A stretch of DNA of 20,000 nucleotides from an uncultured virus (IMG/VR IMGVR_UViG_3300034082_004192) (Duplodnaviria > Heunggongvirae > Uroviricota > Caudoviricetes). The stretch covers positions 56,243 through 76,242 of IMG/VR virus record IMGVR_UViG_3300034082_004192. One strand, 5' to 3'. Both the position numbers and the translations under genes were made by a program. Positions 17,418 to 20,000 of the stretch are shown here, piece after piece. Under the pieces are notes generated by a model. The model was not told the DNA's origin. It searched no databases and was given only the letters and a program-made list of their open reading frames with translations. Positions within the stretch are counted from its first letter, which is position 1. Every line of letters starts with the position of its first letter.

Positions 17418-17448
17418 AAAAAAGACCCTGATTACTCAGGGTCTTTTT
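17418..17448 (-). terminator. intrinsic terminator with the stop codon in its loop
   Basis: Plus-strand AAAAAGACCCTGA-ttac-TCAGGGTCTTTTT; minus strand continues TTTTTTCTTTT. Confidence 0.8.
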
Positions 17449-17998
17449 CATTAAAATCAAATTTCTGTTGACCAGTATTGATGTTATCTAAAGCTTTAGT
17501 ACTATCAAATCCGTAAAGAAAAATATTTCTCAGGGAATTTAATTCTTTTATTGATAAGTCAAGTTTCAAGTAAGCAACAAGTGTGTTAAATCTTTCTTCT
17601 GACTCATCAGGTGTAGATATTGAATTGTGAAGAGTGAACATCCCACTATCCATTCCTAAACTGTAAGCTTCAGGCCCAAAACCAAACTTATCGTAAAGCA
17701 AGCCTCTATATGAGCCATTATCTTTAAAGTAGTTTTTAAAGATAACATTTGTAATATAGAAGAATAATAATAATTGATTATTCATTCCCAAAGAATCATA
17801 ATATTCTTTGGCTTTTTGCTCATATTGTTCCAAAGCTTCTTCTTGAATTTTTAATAATTCTTTATGTTCATCTGAATTTGAATATTCAGTGTATGAATTA
17901 TAAATTTTGCCGTTTACTTCAAATGATTTAGTCATTGGATTACCTGTGCTTTCTCGAATTGAATCTTCTTTGCGCTGTCTAATTTCTTCCCAAGTCAT
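17432..17998 (-). CDS. hypothetical phage protein
   Basis: 188-aa ORF; GSYRGLLYDKFGFGPEAY segment looks like a conserved core. Confidence 0.75.
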   Translation of the reverse strand: MTWEEIRQRKEDSIRESTGNPMTKSFEVNGKIYNSYTEYSNSDEHKELLKIQEEALEQYEQKAKEYYDSLGMNNQLLLFFYITNVIFKNYFKDNGSYRGLLYDKFGFGPEAYSLGMDSGMFTLHNSISTPDESEERFNTLVAYLKLDLSIKELNSLRNIFLYGFDSTKALDNINTGQQKFDFNEKDPE

Positions 17999-17999
17999 A

Positions 18000-18221
18000 T
18001 TAATCTTTTACAGGACATACATGAATACACTGGGCTTCTTCTTCACGCAATGCAATATGACTTTCTCTGCAGTTCACAACCATCATATTTGAATGTTGTT
18101 TGTTGAGAATTTTAATCTCACAGCCAGGATTGAAACCTAATTCAGAAAGTCTTGATCTGACAGTTCCGCAAATTGATTCAATCTTATAAGTTTCACCAGC
18201 AGAACCATCAAATAATGTCAT
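18000..18221 (-). CDS. feoA: FeoA-family (SH3-like) protein
   Basis: MTL...GETYKIESI...RSRLSELGFNPGCEIKI...IALREEEAQCIHV matches the FeoA pattern. Start moved to ATG 18221 (AGGA SD). Confidence 0.88.
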   Translation of the reverse strand: MTLFDGSAGETYKIESICGTVRSRLSELGFNPGCEIKILNKQHSNMMVVNCRESHIALREEEAQCIHVCPVKD

Positions 18222-18233
18222 AGTCTTTCCTAG

Positions 18234-18258
18234 AAAAAGAGCCTTCCGAAGAAGGCTC
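18234..18258 (-). terminator. intrinsic terminator with a UUCG tetraloop
   Basis: Minus strand GAGCCTTC-TTCG-GAAGGCTC-TTTTT. Confidence 0.85.
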
Positions 18259-18265
18259 ATAAAAT

Positions 18266-18598
18266 TTAGTTGGATGCCTTCTTTTTGGCAGTGAAATTGA
18301 GGTATTCAACTTGATCTGATGGCAAGAAAGACTTCATTGATCGGTTTTTTACTTCAAAGGAGTTGACTGTAAATTCTTGCTTTCCTCTAAATTCACCCAT
18401 AAAACCATCAATAATTAGAAGAGATCCATCTTCTACGTCATACATCACGGTTTCAGCATGATGCCTATTATTGAATTTAACTTGAAATTCTTTATTTGAG
18501 CCCAATTCTTTGACTTGAGCAATAGCCATGCTTTCAGTCGCAAACCTTTTTCTTTGAATGAAAACGGTATGTGTTCGATAACTACGAGTACGATCCAT
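18266..18598 (-). CDS. small OB-fold nucleic-acid-binding protein (putative)
   Basis: VEDGSLLIIDGFMGEFRGKQEFTVNSFEV resembles OB-fold strands 4-5. AGGAGA SD. Confidence 0.6.
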   Translation of the reverse strand: MDRTRSYRTHTVFIQRKRFATESMAIAQVKELGSNKEFQVKFNNRHHAETVMYDVEDGSLLIIDGFMGEFRGKQEFTVNSFEVKNRSMKSFLPSDQVEYLNFTAKKKASN

Positions 18599-18619
18599 AT
18601 CTAACTTTCTCCTAAGTAC

Positions 18620-18648
18620 ATACTATCAAACCAACGGAAAAAACGCAA
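18620..18648 (-). promoter_or_regulatory. sigma70-type promoter
   Basis: TTGCGT-N17-TAGTAT with an extended -10 TG, just before the SD of the 18598 gene. Confidence 0.6.
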
Positions 18649-18651
18649 GCT

Positions 18652-19107
18652 TTACCACCACAATTCAAACCATAATTTTGAAAGATATTCTACTGCTTGT
18701 TTAACATCATCAGTAAGTTGCTTTCTTTCAGCATCATCAACTGATTCATAATATCTATTAGTAGCATAATAGTTTTCAAAAGCGCTTATTATGAATTTTA
18801 GTTTCTCATTATAAGATTCAACTGTTTCACCAACAGGAATACCATTATTTATTTCGATAAATTTCTTCAATCTAGGAATTATAAATAATGCAATGGTTCG
18901 ATCCATATGCCAAGTTTCAGTATCATCAAACCCTTGCTCAAATCTCTGTTGCTTGTACTTTTCACGAGTAGCAAGATCTTTACTATAAACTTCATCAGCG
19001 ACACTAAAATTTATATTACTTAGTGCCTCTGGCTTTATAGATAATTGCAAGTAATCTTTTGATTTCTTCTGGGTCGATTTTGATTTGCTTTCGCTCATTG
19101 TCGTCAC
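18652..19107 (-). CDS. hypothetical phage protein
   Basis: 151-aa ORF; GFDDTETWHMD..IIPRLKKF core and a terminal WFELWW. Confidence 0.75.
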   Translation of the reverse strand: MTTMSESKSKSTQKKSKDYLQLSIKPEALSNINFSVADEVYSKDLATREKYKQQRFEQGFDDTETWHMDRTIALFIIPRLKKFIEINNGIPVGETVESYNEKLKFIISAFENYYATNRYYESVDDAERKQLTDDVKQAVEYLSKLWFELWW

Positions 19108-19113
19108 TCATTA

Positions 19114-19353
19114 CTATTTAAAATCTTGGAAGTAAGGACAGGTTTGGAAACCAGACCCGTCCCTTACCCAGCCATTACCTTTGCATTTTTCCTTGCCTTT
19201 ACCTAAACACTCACAAACTCCAATTGGTTTTCCATTACGAATAATAATGTTATCAATTTTTGCTTGTTCTTCAGGTGCAAGATCTAAAAACTCTGCAATA
19301 GTACCAACTCTAAATCCAGATTGTTCTAAACGATCTTTCTTGTCATCAGTCAT
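19114..19353 (-). CDS. small protein with an XRE-antitoxin-like N-terminus and a Cys-rich C-terminus
   Basis: MTDDKKDRLEQSGFRVGTIAEFLDLAPEE, then CEC..C.G.G..CP. Start moved to ATG 19353. Confidence 0.6.
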   Translation of the reverse strand: MTDDKKDRLEQSGFRVGTIAEFLDLAPEEQAKIDNIIIRNGKPIGVCECLGKGKEKCKGNGWVRDGSGFQTCPYFQDFK

Positions 19354-19765
19354 CAATATCTTCTTCTTCGTCCTCATCTTCATCTGCCATCAAAACAGCA
19401 GATAAATCTTCAGGAACGACATCTACAGTATAGCCCTTTTCATCAATTGCTTCTACATCAAATGAGTCTAATTGATCAAGCCAATCCCTGTAATCATCAT
19501 AGTCAGCATCAAATTCATCTTGCAAGGTAGTGAAATCGAGCTCATATTTCTTACCATAGAACTTCATTGCTTTATCAAAAATTCCACAATCAGAATCAAT
19601 CTCAAGATAAGCATAACCATCTTCATTAAGCGGTTCTTTGCCATTGCCTAAATAAGAATATTCTGAAATTGCATCAAAAATATTCAAACTATCAAGTAAA
19701 TCTAAACTTACTTTCCAGTAGTCGTGTCGATAACAGTCAATTGCTTGAACAATAATTTTTTCCAT
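19346..19765 (-). CDS. acidic hypothetical phage protein
   Basis: 139 aa; H.YWKV..ISEYSY..YLEIDSD core and an acidic tail. Confidence 0.75.
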   Translation of the reverse strand: MEKIIVQAIDCYRHDYWKVSLDLLDSLNIFDAISEYSYLGNGKEPLNEDGYAYLEIDSDCGIFDKAMKFYGKKYELDFTTLQDEFDADYDDYRDWLDQLDSFDVEAIDEKGYTVDVVPEDLSAVLMADEDEDEEEDIDD

Positions 19766-19767
19766 AA

Positions 19768-19920
19768 TTATTTATCTTCCTTTTTGGCCATTTTGATGAG
19801 CTTGCTTATAATCTTAACTAGCAAGGCTATAATCACTCCAGGTATTGCAACTAAAATAACTAAAATTAAAGGTCCGAAAGGAATCAAAAGCATAGCAGCT
19901 GTGTTAAGAAAATCTTCCAT
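19768..19920 (-). CDS. 50-aa membrane protein (absent from the ORF track)
   Basis: Manual translation: MEDFLNTAAMLLIPFGPLILVILVAIPGVIIALLVKIISKLIKMAKKEDK; fills the gap exactly. Confidence 0.7.
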   Translation of the reverse strand: MEDFLNTAAMLLIPFGPLILVILVAIPGVIIALLVKIISKLIKMAKKEDK

Positions 19921-19921
19921 A

Positions 19922-20000
19922 TTAATCGTCACTAGATATTTTCTGTGGCTCTATTGTTACATGATAAGCCACTTTCTCTTCTTCAAAACAATATCTTAAT
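19922..20000 (-). CDS. 3' end of a gene entering from outside the window
   Basis: Open frame ...LRYCFEEEKVAYHVTIEPQKISSDD-TAA abutting the next ATG. Confidence 0.5.
   Translation of the reverse strand, partial: LRYCFEEEKVAYHVTIEPQKISSDD

Noticed and set aside
17395..18260. Longer N-terminal extensions given by the ORF track (starts at 17460 and 18260)
   Set aside because: Both extensions run through terminator hairpins, and 17460 overlaps the upstream gene; downstream ATGs at 17394 and 18221 fit better.
1215..19999. Short antisense ORFs in the track (e.g. 1215-1475, 2714-2953, 3292-3624, 4393-4758, 4812-5018, 5741-5962, 6204-6410, 7170-7403, 10044-10265, 10912-11124, 12469-12651, 14125-14418, 17222-17431, 17907-18092, 19181-19405, 19724-19999)
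   Set aside because: They lie opposite better-supported genes and have the Ser/Leu/Ile/Phe-rich composition typical of shadow frames.
1..20000. tRNA, rRNA, structured ncRNA or IS elements
   Set aside because: Intergenic gaps are short (about 125 nt at most) and explained by promoters and terminators; no cloverleaf, transposase or integrase motifs noticed. A covariance-model search was not possible.

Overview
AT-rich, densely coding 20 kb segment that reads like a large (jumbo-type) tailed-phage genome: short genes, frequent strand switching, many orphans, no core cellular housekeeping genes, standard genetic code. Recognisable content: an Mre11/Rad50 (SbcCD, T4 gp47/gp46-like) locus in which the Rad50 ATPase is split at the zinc hook, with the nuclease gene and a small coiled-coil gene between the halves; an 847-aa protein with an embedded PD-(D/E)XK-like nuclease motif set; two paralogous tail-tube-like genes; a RusA-type resolvase; a RecB/Cas4-like nuclease lacking the Fe-S cysteines; two convergent glycosyltransferases; a PGDYG-like protein; an orphan FeoA; an OB-fold protein. 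The most intriguing patterns are (i) the two- or three-piece Rad50, (ii) a short aromatic/basic peptide motif (FNxKxYxxA[AQ]-like) shared by four otherwise unrelated proteins, three of which also share an upstream AGG-N18-AGWA DNA element, and (iii) repeated terminator-plus-leaderless-promoter junctions. All family assignments come from motif recognition by eye, not from database searches.
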